Assembly (NCBI RefSeq): GCF_001644705.1
Contig: NZ_CP015137.1
Location: 4,680,001-4,712,000, forward strand
Direction of reading: 5' to 3'
DNA from: Dickeya solani IPO 2222
GTDB lineage: Bacteria; Pseudomonadota; Gammaproteobacteria; Enterobacterales; Enterobacteriaceae
DNA length: 32,000 bases
Position 1 is the stretch's first letter. Every line of letters begins with the position of its first letter. Shown one piece after another: positions 25,001 to 30,692 of this stretch. The translations under genes and the position numbers were made by a program. The notes under the pieces were generated by a model. That model was not told the origin of the DNA, did not search any database, and worked only from the letters and a program-made list of their open reading frames with translations.

Positions 25001-28000
25001 GGTCAGCTGCAGCGTGCGGCTCTCCAGCCGCCCGCCGTTGGTGAGGTCGCCTGCCGTCAGCGACAGCGCGCCGCCGGTCGACAGCGTGCCCGCATTATCC
25101 AGCCCGCGCCCGGTTATCCGGCCGTCGCCCCCGGCGGTCAGCCTCCCGGTGTTGCTCAGCCGACCCGCACCGATTGTCTGTACATCCTGCGCCAGCAGCC
25201 GTGCCCTGTGCAGCGTGGCGCGCAGCAGGTCGCCGTCCCCTGTCGGCAGCGTGATGTGCAGGTCGCCGTCGCTGGCGATACGCCCGCCGTTGCGCAGACT
25301 GTCGGCCGTCAGCTGCAGGCTGCCCGTCTGCCATTCGCCGTCGTTGTCCGCCGTCGCCGCGCTCAGCACCGCCGCCCCCTGTGTCAGCAGTTTGCCGGTG
25401 GCGGTGTTGGTCAGGGCGCCGTCGGCCGTCAGCGTCAGCGCCGACAAGCCCAGCAGCTGCCCGGCGTTGCGGACCGTGCCGGCCGTGGCGTGAAGACGGT
25501 CACCCTGCCAGCGGCCCTGGTTGTCCAGCGCAGCGGCCGTCAGGCGGCTGAGTCCGTGGCTCAGCCACTGCCCGGATGTCTGATTGCGCGCCGTGCCGGC
25601 TATCGCCAGCGTCAGCGCGTCCACCCCCAGCAGAGTGCCGTCGTTGTCCAGACGGTCCGCCGTGACGCTCAGCGTCTGCCCCTCCAGCCGGCCGTGGTTG
25701 GTCAGGGCACCGGGCAGCGTCACCGTCAGCGACGTCAGCCCGGTGATATTCCCGGTGTTGGTCAGCGGCCCGCCGCCGATATCGACCGTGTGGCCCTGCC
25801 AGCGCCCGCCGGCGTTGACGATGTCCGCGCCACTCAGCGTCAGCGCCGCGTCGCTGTACAGGCTGCCCGCGCCGGCGTAATTGCCGGTCAGCGTCAGCGC
25901 GCCCCGCGCCGCCAGCTGCCCGGCGTTGGTCAGGTCCGTTCCGTTGACCGTCAGGTCGCCCATCACCGACAGCGTGCCCCGGTTATCCAGCCCGCCCAGC
26001 GTCAGCGTGGTGTCGCCGTTCGCCGCCAGCGTGCCGCTGTTGGTCAGTACGCCCGCCGGGGACAGCGCCACCGTCAGCGCGCCGTCGCTCTGTATCCGCC
26101 CGCCGTTGCGCAGGCGGTCCGCCGTCAGCAGCAGATTGCCGGCCTGCCACTCGCCGTCATTCTCTGCCGTCGCCGCGCGCAGCACCGCCCCCCCCTGCGT
26201 CAGCAGTGTTCCGGTGCCGCTGTTGCTCAGGCCGCCGTTTACCGTCAGCGTCAGCGCCGACTGCCCCAGCAGCTGACCGGCGTTGCGGATGCGGTCCGCC
26301 GTGGCGGTCAGGCTGTCGCCCTGCCACTGCCCCTGGTTGTCCAGCATGCCGGCCGTCAGGCGGCTGAGTCCGTGGCTCAGCCACCGGCCCGACGCCTGGT
26401 TGCGCGCCGTGCCGGCTATCGCCAGCGTCAGCGCGTCCATTCCCAGCAGGGTGCCGCCGTTGTCCAGCGTGTCCGCCGTCAGCGTCACCCGGTCGCCCGC
26501 CAGCGCGCCGGTGTTCGACAACTGCCCGCCCCGGACATCCCATGCCCCCGCCGCCCGCAGCGTGCCGCCGTTGTCCAGCTCATCCAGCGTCAGCCGCCCG
26601 TCGCCGCCCAGCGTTACCGCCCCCTGATGGCGCCACCGCCCGGTAGCCAGCTGCAGACCCTGCGCCGTCAGCGTGCCCGCCGTCTCCACCCCGCCGGCCG
26701 TCACCGTCACCGTGCCGCCGCTGGTCAGCACCCCGTCCGCCGTCTGGCTGAAGTCGCGGCCCGCCGTCAGACCCACCGACTGCCGCCCCTGCAGCGTGCC
26801 GCCGTTGGCAACCCCGTCCGCCGTCAGCGACAGCGTGCCGCCCGCCATCACCCCCCGGTTGGTCACCCGCCCGGCCCGGACCGTCAGCTCACCACCGGAC
26901 AGCAGCGACCCGCCGTTGTCCAGCCCCGTCGGCGTCTGCACCGCCAGTGTCTCGTCCGCCGACAGCGTGCCGCCGTTGCTCAGCTGTTGCGTCTGCGCCG
27001 TCACCTGCCGCCCGCTCACCGTGCCCCGGTTGTCCAGCGTGTCCGCCGTCAGCCTGACCGTCCCGCCCGCCAGCGTGCCCCGGCTGGTCAGCGCGCCCGC
27101 ACTCACCGTCAGCCCGCCGCCCGCCAGCAGCGCGCCGTCCCACTCCACCGTCTCCCGCCCGTCCAGCGTCAGGTCGCCCGTCGCCTGCCAGCGGCCCGCG
27201 CCGCTCACACGCCCGCCGCTGACCGTCACCGTCTGCGCCCCCGCCGCCCCGTCCAGCGTCAGCTGCCCCCCGGTCAGCGTCAGCGCGCTCCCCGCCTGCC
27301 AGGCTCCGCCCGACGCCTGGCTCACCGCCCCCGACGCCGTCAGGCTCACCCGGTCGCCCGCCAGCTGCGCCTGGCCCAGCATCAGCTCCGCCCCGGTCAG
27401 CGTCAGACCGTACCCCGGCTGGATAACCCCGTCGTCGCGCACCCCGGCGCTCAGCTGTCCGCCCTGCGCCGTGATGCGCCCGGCGCTGTCCAGCGTCAGG
27501 TCCCGCCCCGCCCGCGTCCGGCTCTCCGTCAGCGTGATGCCCTGCTCACCCCGCAGCCTGACCGTGCCCTGCGCCTGCTGGTTACCCTGCAGCGCCAGCG
27601 TCACGCCCTGCGCCGTCAGGTCGCCCTGCGCGATGGCGCTCCCCACCTGCAGCCGCCCGTTCGCCGACAGCTGAATGTCCCCCTGCCGCGCGCTCAGCCC
27701 GGCGGTGTTTACCCCCACTCCCTGCTCCGTCGACACCAGGCTGATGCGGTTGGCGTACATGCCCCCCAGCGCCCCGGTGTCCAGCGCCAGCGCCGGCGAC
27801 GGCCCGTCGCCGGCCTGCGCCGTCACCCGTCCGTCCGTGCCCACCCGGTTGGCCCCCAGCACCACCCGCGCGTCCCGCGCGCTCAGCCCTGCCTGCAGGC
27901 TCGCCGTACGCGCTATCAGCGCAAAGTAGTCGCTCCCGCCGGCGTCCAGCCCCGCCCCGTCAATCAGGATGTCCCCGCCGCGCACGTCCAGCCCGCTCAG

Positions 28001-28510
28001 CTGACCCGCCGCGTCAAACTGCGGGGTGCCGGTGGTCAGGGTAATACGCGGGGTGTTGAGAAAGCCGCAGCCGCTGCAGGTGATGCCATAGGGGTTCGCC
28101 ACCACCACGTTCGCCGCCTGACCCGCCACCTCCAGGTAGCCCGCCAGCCGGCTGCGGTTCGGCGACACCACCTCGTTGAGGATGGCCGACGCGGCCCGTC
28201 CGTTCAGGTTGGGGTTGTTCTGCAGCAGACCGCCCAGCTGGCTCGGCGTCAGTTGAGCAGTGCCGTTGTTGAGGATAAGGCCGCGGTTGTCGACGTTGAA
28301 GTCGTGGTAGCGGTTGTGCGACAGCCCGGCGGCGTCCGGCGTGGCGATGTTCACCACCGGCACCCCGTTGCCCGCCGCCTCCAGCGCCGTGTTCCCCGAC
28401 GCCACCGTCACCCCCGCCGCCCACGCCGGCAGCAGCGGCTGCAGCCCCGTCAGCCACACCAGCACCCACACCCCCACCCGCTGCGACGTCTTCACCTTCA
28501 CCGCTTTCAT
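16013..28510 (-). CDS. cdiA: CdiA / HecA-type two-partner-secretion exoprotein carrying a C-terminal CDI toxin (4165 aa)
   Basis: The track ORF is 4183 aa. I place the start at ATG 28510 (MKAVKVKTSQRVGVWVLVWLTGLQPLLPAWAAG), with GGAG about 9 nt upstream. TPS-domain motifs are NPNLNG (about 28199-28216) and NPYGITC (about 28080-28097). About 1900 residues of G/L/T/N-rich FHA-type repeats follow, then an AT-rich central domain, a YP-type segment (DYPLPTSQNGLFVAD), a second repeat region, and a pretoxin region ending in VENN (16790-16801). Confidence 0.95.
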   Translation of the reverse strand: MKAVKVKTSQRVGVWVLVWLTGLQPLLPAWAAGVTVASGNTALEAAGNGVPVVNIATPDAAGLSHNRYHDFNVDNRGLILNNGTAQLTPSQLGGLLQNNPNLNGRAASAILNEVVSPNRSRLAGYLEVAGQAANVVVANPYGITCSGCGFLNTPRITLTTGTPQFDAAGQLSGLDVRGGDILIDGAGLDAGGSDYFALIARTASLQAGLSARDARVVLGANRVGTDGRVTAQAGDGPSPALALDTGALGGMYANRISLVSTEQGVGVNTAGLSARQGDIQLSANGRLQVGSAIAQGDLTAQGVTLALQGNQQAQGTVRLRGEQGITLTESRTRAGRDLTLDSAGRITAQGGQLSAGVRDDGVIQPGYGLTLTGAELMLGQAQLAGDRVSLTASGAVSQASGGAWQAGSALTLTGGQLTLDGAAGAQTVTVSGGRVSGAGRWQATGDLTLDGRETVEWDGALLAGGGLTVSAGALTSRGTLAGGTVRLTADTLDNRGTVSGRQVTAQTQQLSNGGTLSADETLAVQTPTGLDNGGSLLSGGELTVRAGRVTNRGVMAGGTLSLTADGVANGGTLQGRQSVGLTAGRDFSQTADGVLTSGGTVTVTAGGVETAGTLTAQGLQLATGRWRHQGAVTLGGDGRLTLDELDNGGTLRAAGAWDVRGGQLSNTGALAGDRVTLTADTLDNGGTLLGMDALTLAIAGTARNQASGRWLSHGLSRLTAGMLDNQGQWQGDSLTATADRIRNAGQLLGQSALTLTVNGGLSNSGTGTLLTQGGAVLRAATAENDGEWQAGNLLLTADRLRNGGRIQSDGALTVALSPAGVLTNSGTLAANGDTTLTLGGLDNRGTLSVMGDLTVNGTDLTNAGQLAARGALTLTGNYAGAGSLYSDAALTLSGADIVNAGGRWQGHTVDIGGGPLTNTGNITGLTSLTVTLPGALTNHGRLEGQTLSVTADRLDNDGTLLGVDALTLAIAGTARNQTSGQWLSHGLSRLTAAALDNQGRWQGDRLHATAGTVRNAGQLLGLSALTLTADGALTNTATGKLLTQGAAVLSAATADNDGEWQTGSLQLTADSLRNGGRIASDGDLHITLPTGDGDLLRATLHRARLLAQDVQTIGAGRLSNTGRLTAGGDGRITGRGLDNAGTLSTGGALSLTAGDLTNGGRLESRTLQLTGDSLDNRGTLLAEQGGVLTLGGGLRVGADGRLLSNGDWQVQAGSVNSRGQWQGKNLLLSAASLDNGGALLGTDGITLTLTQGYTGGAGSQVLGNGAVTLTADTVTQQGDIGGDRLWLTTGTLTNGGRLVGLSQLDVTSRGQLTNTAGGSLLGNGTAGVTAQQLDNAGSVQADTLTLRADTVTNAGRMQGTAALTLNGVSRYTGTDSSQLLSGGTATLAIDNADNAGLWQAGVLNVSGTALTNRGGLVGLTGLTIDAASLTNLGQLTTPGMATLRGRQFDNGGTLTALGGFDAQFSDAVTNQAGGRLLSGGAGSLATGTLLNQGLWQSGRLTLTADRLRNPGTLLGLDDGNIQLTGTYVGEAGSQVGGNGAFSLSAATIDQAGHLQAQDVTLRAARLRNQGGITGAGQLNVTLDEQLENTAGATLLGGTVSLGGATVSNGGQIQGRSGLTVQGGTLLDNQSGGQLLSGGQLTLGATQLTNAGWVQGQDLTLTTAQLDNSGTLQAQNGLTLHLPQWTNHGTVQAGQLDITTDGALDNRGTLLGLTRLALQAASLNNADGARLYSAGGLQLRTGQLTQDGQLAALGDLRADIGGPFTLTRALAAGGQLTLAVTGDLVQAGTLQGNGVTVTSTGTLTQQGRIVAGGGNSLLSAATITQAESGSIQGGGPLRLLAGGSIVNRGFVGTAGDLLVQAGGLIENGSLLYGGGDLQLLSAALVNRFGNILAGNSLWIQRDAAGNASDSVLNSSGTIETQRGDIRISTGTLTNQREGLVVTEGESTTEVVPDWVGGDRVEIPLTWFKEGELGIAEFYTGCLRGGKASGASCGDSVGYLLAPFAKAAIQKVSLASKSVSVSAQGGEARINSANDALITSNVLLNDASAIYARNNIVLYGDSLNNRTYQAGDLKRYITYRYDSVEFVYGTWSWINDFASDDQSAYVGGGSSPITKQLDLADKFGIQNKHYSINYKPTGESTSELINGQTYAATIQAGGAITASFTQNISNTSLQPGSGGFMPAMATPTLAGVNALAPVGVQADRGLNGGAAGNVSGSTLSGAGNGVALAGQAGSLNAGYSAVTRDNSTSSGSTLNPVGIPAGLGTAGGAPVAGASLTPVAPGALSLSDLQAALAQGLQQPGSPSLTDYPLPTSQNGLFVADTAGDSRYLIRTNPTLSQLGQVDNALFGDLRGLLGQTPGTTAPVERSPTLTDPTQVLGSSYLLGKLNLDAEHDYRFLGDAAFDTRYISNAVLSQTGQRYLNGVGSELAQMQQLMDNAAAEKSRLNLQLGVSLTPAQVAGLSHSLVWWENITVGGQTVLAPKLYLAQADKTNLQGSRIVANSVSLSAGGDIDNRGSTITAQDALAVASGGNLTNSEGGLLNAGGALNLVALGNLTNSSATIQGNTVTLASVGGDIVNTTTTDQWQFESRNGRERLNHTDIGQTGLINAQSALTLQAGHDIALNGAQLSAGGPLQLAAGNDIRLTALTTLADTVRQDGGATTERRGQGLVQSTVASGGDLSLSAGRDLSSTAAQLSAAGTLGLSAGRDLSLLSAGEEQFSSNAWKRHLDWQQTVTQQGTVLNAGEGLSLRAGQDLTLQGAQVETRGALTAQAGRDLSLLSATESRHDFFEETTVKKGFLSTSTTHTLRDTQQTTEKGTLLSGGSVALTAGHDINLQASAIAGDKSVALKAGNDVNLIAGIEEQSHYEEQTRKKSGLMSSGGLGFTIGSQSSKAIYDGAETRQSAARSVVGASDGNVVIQAGRNVAIIGSDVIAASQTPTDGHQTGNISVIAENIAVAPGIDTRDITTRLETKSSGIGIALKGTPYDNYQNLRDIANVDGATQKARLFAGEMAAMVFDVPQLAISVGRQISQSVQHTQGVYQSGSTLTAAGNIQLRANGNGQQDAAGNALSGDIVASGSAIHAGGDVLLNAARNIVLQSASDAEQTGRQSSSHGTSFSLATPGISAAIRQIGGGPNHGVGMVPFASERARETQSGDTQGQTPSTISGQTVTLNSQTGDIHVVGSAITGVQDVLLQASNGNVVITPGQNRARSEINGSRSVIGDLGGDGYSGTVGWKSTTYHSLDDVNQQSVLRSHIQSGEGNVRVSAGENVAIAGADFRAGQSLLLSGRNVTLDPATDTEHRTREQQSRQYGVTTALSGYVVSAVQSLEKLSQSVEDHRDPRLSAIYAAQAALNLATKTTVTQMSGSAIKVTVSAGGGSSRSVQQQDKVSREGSTLYADGDVQVRAAQDISATGVDIRGQNVDLAAGRTLTLKAAQSQDSVSGSSSGSQFGAGVGFGLGGTQNGFTIELSASGQKGQEAGNSLNHQVSRVTAAGAVNLSSGGDTTLDGAVVSGNRVSADVGGNLHISSVQDTSTYASKNTSAGINVSICVPPICAGQTVAGNASLSQQILNNRYASVTEQSGVKAGEDGFAIRVGGHTQLDGAVLASTAGAEKNRLETGTLGWRDIANVSNYQGRGVSLSASTDSMPVGGLSQSVGKASGTTRSAVAPGTILVRDASQPQDIAQLSRDTSGALGSVADGFTRSEVEDRLTIQKEMTSLGVQAMGAYGENKKREAETAAAQRLSREGVPAGEMESRIKSSEEVRQAEANYGPGSAYWTTGTALTAALSGGMGGNLSGAVSGAAAPYLANLVKEVSGGNEPMRVALHTVLGAFLAQSQGGSVSGGALGGFTAAAASGLIAKALYPEAHELTVEQKQLVANLVMIAGAGVGGIAGGNLTAAGSAANTAKNEVENNSLGLLARGCAVAAPCRTKVAEQLLEIGAKAGIAGLAGVALKEVADKMTSDELDHLITLQMMGNDEITGKYLSSLQDKYAPSHTGGDQLNSAGQSLTNTGGNQQLEPTGIPSHTGNNQPQGQGVTNTGNTDGAPSTAGNTTTTQIPDGPSQDDLAYLAGGYQPNKGAVGNMGEFLKQPGFGSTVKDNTQKTNQQYQGQSVYKATDDIGDYIKKGDQFYLDGQHKDHLEVFDKRGDFRSVLNLDGTINQTKTDAAKGRKL
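16016..16789 (-). other. CdiA-CT toxin region in three parts: entry-type N-domain (about 16556-16789), low-complexity linker (16346-16555), and a ~110-aa putative nuclease domain (16016-16345)
   Basis: After VENN the sequence reads SLGLLARGCAVAAPCRTKVAEQLLEIGAKAGIAGLAG...SDELDHLITLQMMGNDEITGKYLSSLQDKY. This closely resembles my recollection of the UPEC 536 CdiA-CT N-domain. The linker holds two PSHTG(G/N)xQ...TNTG(G)N units. The C-terminus KGDQFYLDGQHKDHLEVFDKRGDFRSVLNLDGTINQTKTDAAKGRKL resembles the colicin E3 rRNase tail RKIYEWDSQHGELEGYRASDGQHLGSFDPKTGNQLKGPDPKRNIKKYL. Confidence 0.5.
16789..17195. repeat. cdiA copy of the 407-bp perfect repeat shared with the orphan module
   Basis: See 14669-15075. 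A second short homology, 17670-17712 versus 15070-15112, is 43 bp with 1 mismatch. Confidence 0.95.
22095..22680 (-). other. AT-rich central segment of cdiA at the position of the receptor-binding domain (between FHA-1 repeats and the YP domain)
   Basis: There is an abrupt drop in GC by eye. The encoded sequence is non-repetitive and rich in Tyr/Trp/Asn/Lys (..WFKEGELGIAEFYTGCLRGGKASGASCGD...YITYRYDSVEFVYGTWSWINDFASDDQSAYVGGG...HYSINYKPTGE..). It is flanked on both sides by GC-rich repeat sequence. Confidence 0.6.
25265..25655. repeat. Internal cdiA direct repeat, copy 1 (about 390 bp, diverged, 816 bp from copy 2)
   Basis: It encodes ..DALTLAIAGTARNQTSGQWLSHGLSRLTAAALDNQGRWQGD...NDGEWQTGSLQLTADSLRNGGRIASDG. 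The other copy encodes ..DALTLAIAGTARNQASGRWLSHGLSRLTAGMLDNQGQWQGD...NDGEWQAGNLLLTADRLRNGGRIQSDG. Confidence 0.8.
26081..26471. repeat. Internal cdiA direct repeat, copy 2
   Basis: ggccgtcaggcggctgagtccgtggctcagccac occurs at 25535 and 26351, a constant 816-bp offset (272 codons, in frame). Confidence 0.8.
27660..28420 (-). other. CdiA TPS (two-partner secretion) domain
   Basis: ..NGVPVVNIATPDAAGLSHNRYHDFNVDNRGLILNNG...NNPNLNGRAASAILNEV...ANPYGITCSGCGFLNTPRITLTTG. These are the hallmark TpsA motifs. The boundaries are approximate. Confidence 0.8.
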
Positions 28511-29065
28511 CCCTGAACTCCTGAATAATAATGCACAAGGCAAACCAGTAACCTGACGGTACAAATACGTAACCCATTCAGGCCGTACGGAATGAACTCG
28601 GCTGAACAGACCTGTACCGTTTTTTTATTTTTTTGCGCCTAAACGCTACCGCGATATCGGCTGCTGTGTATTTCCGTCTGGGTGACGGCGAGGAAAACAT
28701 TGGAAGGGAAAGGCAAGGAAGAATGACGGCAGGAACCGCCAGAACCTCCTGTCACGCAGACCACATCCATGTAGTAATAATTGGCGCCATATTAATTCGT
28801 CATCTTTTCAAAAACAATACAAAAATTTACAAAAAACATTAATTGATAGACCGAAAAGGAATAATTCAACTACCTGATATTAGTTGTTATTTTTGGCGAG
28901 ACAGCTTCTTTTTTCTGTCTGCATAAATAAACTGGCAACCTATTTATTCATGAAAAAGTAAGCAAGTGAAAACCAGACGGAAGCATGAATGACAACCGGA
29001 TAACGGAGGTGTGTTTTTTCCACCCATTATGTTTTACGGTTTTTTAACAGGGTTTACTGATATGC

Positions 29066-29090
29066 CTAACCGTCCCAATGGGACGGTTAG
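29066..29090 (-). terminator. 11-bp perfect hairpin just downstream of dadA; probable terminator or REP-like element
   Basis: ctaaccgtccc-aat-gggacggttag, 21 nt past the dadA stop. There is no clear U-tract on the minus strand, so its function is uncertain. Confidence 0.45.
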
Positions 29091-29110
29091 CTAATATCGG
29101 AATAACAAAC

Positions 29111-30361
29111 TCAGGCGTAGCGGGAGAAGGAGAGATCGTCGTACTCAATTGCCGGCGTGTTGCCGGAAATGATATCGGCCAGCAACTGGCCGGAACCGCA
29201 TCCCATAGTCCAGCCTAATGTACCGTGCCCGGTGTTCAGATACAGATTTTGTAATGGCGAGCGCCCGACCAACGGCGTGCCATCCGGCGTCATCGGCCGT
29301 AATCCGGTCCAGAACGTTGCCTGTTCCACCGGTCCGCAGTCCGGATACAGATCGCGCACCACCATTTCCAACGTGTCACGGCGTTTTTGATTCAGGGAAA
29401 GATCAAACCCGGCGATTTCCGCCATCCCGCCGACGCGGATGCGCTGATCAAAGCGGGTAATGGCGATCTTATAGGTTTCATCCAGTACGGTGGAAACCGG
29501 CGCGCCCTCTTCGCTGGACAGTGGAATAGTCAGCGAATAGCCCTTCAGCGGATAGACCGGAATGTCGAACCATTTTTCCAGCAGGCCGCGGGAGTAAGAG
29601 CCACAGGCCATGACATACGCATCAGCCGTGATCTTTTCGCCGTTGCAATACACCGCGCTAACCCGCTGACCGTCTACGTCAAGATGCTGCACCACGCTGT
29701 CGAAACGGAACGTTACGCCCGCCTCTGCCGCCATCGTCGCCAGTTGCCGGGTAAACAGCTGGCAATCACCGGTTTCATCGTGCGGCAGACGCAATCCACC
29801 ACTCAGTTTATGGCGCACGCCAGCCAGCGCCGGCTCAACGGTAGCCAGTTGATCAGCGTCCAGCAGTTCATAAGGTACGCCGGCCTCTTTCAGCACCGCG
29901 ATATCACGATAAGCGTTTTCATACTGCTGCGGGGTACGGAACAGTTGTAGCGTGCCCCCCTGACGCCCTTCATAGGCAATACCGGTGTTGGCACGCAGCG
30001 CCTGCAGGCAGTCGCGGCTATATTCAGCCAGTCTGACCATGCGGGCTTTATTGACGCGATAATGCGCACTGTCGCAATTCAGCAGCATCTGCCACATCCA
30101 GCGCAGCTGCGTGGCGGTAAAGTCCAGGCGAATCGCCAGTGGCGCATGCCGCTGAAACAGCCATTTGATCGCCTTGAGCGGAATGCCCGGCGCGGCCCAG
30201 GGCGCGGAATAGCCTGGGGAAATCTGACCGGCGTTGGCGGCGCTGGTTTCCAGCGCGGGCTCGGCCTGCCGGTCAATGACGGTGACGTCATGTCCTGATT
30301 GCGCCAGATACCAGGCGGTACTAACGCCGATAACACCACTCCCTAAAACAACCACCTTCAT
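29111..30361 (-). CDS. dadA: D-amino-acid dehydrogenase small subunit
   Basis: [32 protein letters not shown] is an FAD GxGxxG fold, and the protein resembles E. coli DadA along its full length. I prefer ATG 30361 over the track start at 30379. It is divergent from ycgB, as in E. coli. Confidence 0.9.
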   Translation of the reverse strand: MKVVVLGSGVIGVSTAWYLAQSGHDVTVIDRQAEPALETSAANAGQISPGYSAPWAAPGIPLKAIKWLFQRHAPLAIRLDFTATQLRWMWQMLLNCDSAHYRVNKARMVRLAEYSRDCLQALRANTGIAYEGRQGGTLQLFRTPQQYENAYRDIAVLKEAGVPYELLDADQLATVEPALAGVRHKLSGGLRLPHDETGDCQLFTRQLATMAAEAGVTFRFDSVVQHLDVDGQRVSAVYCNGEKITADAYVMACGSYSRGLLEKWFDIPVYPLKGYSLTIPLSSEEGAPVSTVLDETYKIAITRFDQRIRVGGMAEIAGFDLSLNQKRRDTLEMVVRDLYPDCGPVEQATFWTGLRPMTPDGTPLVGRSPLQNLYLNTGHGTLGWTMGCGSGQLLADIISGNTPAIEYDDLSFSRYA

Positions 30362-30692
30362 TATTGCTGTTCTCCCCACATACTCCGCTAATCCCGCGGA
30401 ATATGCTGCATAACGCCGTAAACACCAAAATAAAAGGCTACTTTAGCATTTGGCCGCCAATTGTCATCTGTTGCAGATATAGCTTTTATTTATTATGAGA
30501 GAGTGAACACGGCAACGTAGGATAAAGATCGGCAACGTGCCGCCGACAGTCGTCGCATCGGCATGCCATCCGATTTTCCACAGGGAGGCTTTATCCAAGC
30601 TACCGATTTCACATCACTTTTCCCAAAGTAAGCTACGATTAAGTATGCCGGCGCAATGAGGTGGCGGCAGTTATATAGTGAGGGGTGCGCTG

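Noticed and set aside
23285-28516. A 1743-aa ORF on the plus strand, plus many other 80-400-aa plus-strand ORFs between 16.6 and 28.5 kb
   Set aside because: They are antisense to cdiA. Their translations are low-complexity Arg/Pro/Ala/Gln strings with no domain-like sequence and no RBS. They are the expected stop-codon-poor shadow frames of a very GC-rich repetitive gene.
28731-28757. GGAACC-N15-CACGCAG on the plus strand upstream of cdiA, a possible hrp box
   Set aside because: The -10 part is poor. The element points away from cdiA toward the 3' end of dadA, and no gene lies downstream in that orientation.
28633-28842. A 69-aa ORF in the cdiA-dadA spacer
   Set aside because: It has no RBS, it starts at a non-ATG codon in AT-rich promoter DNA, and its sequence is not protein-like. 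It is more likely regulatory DNA for cdiA.
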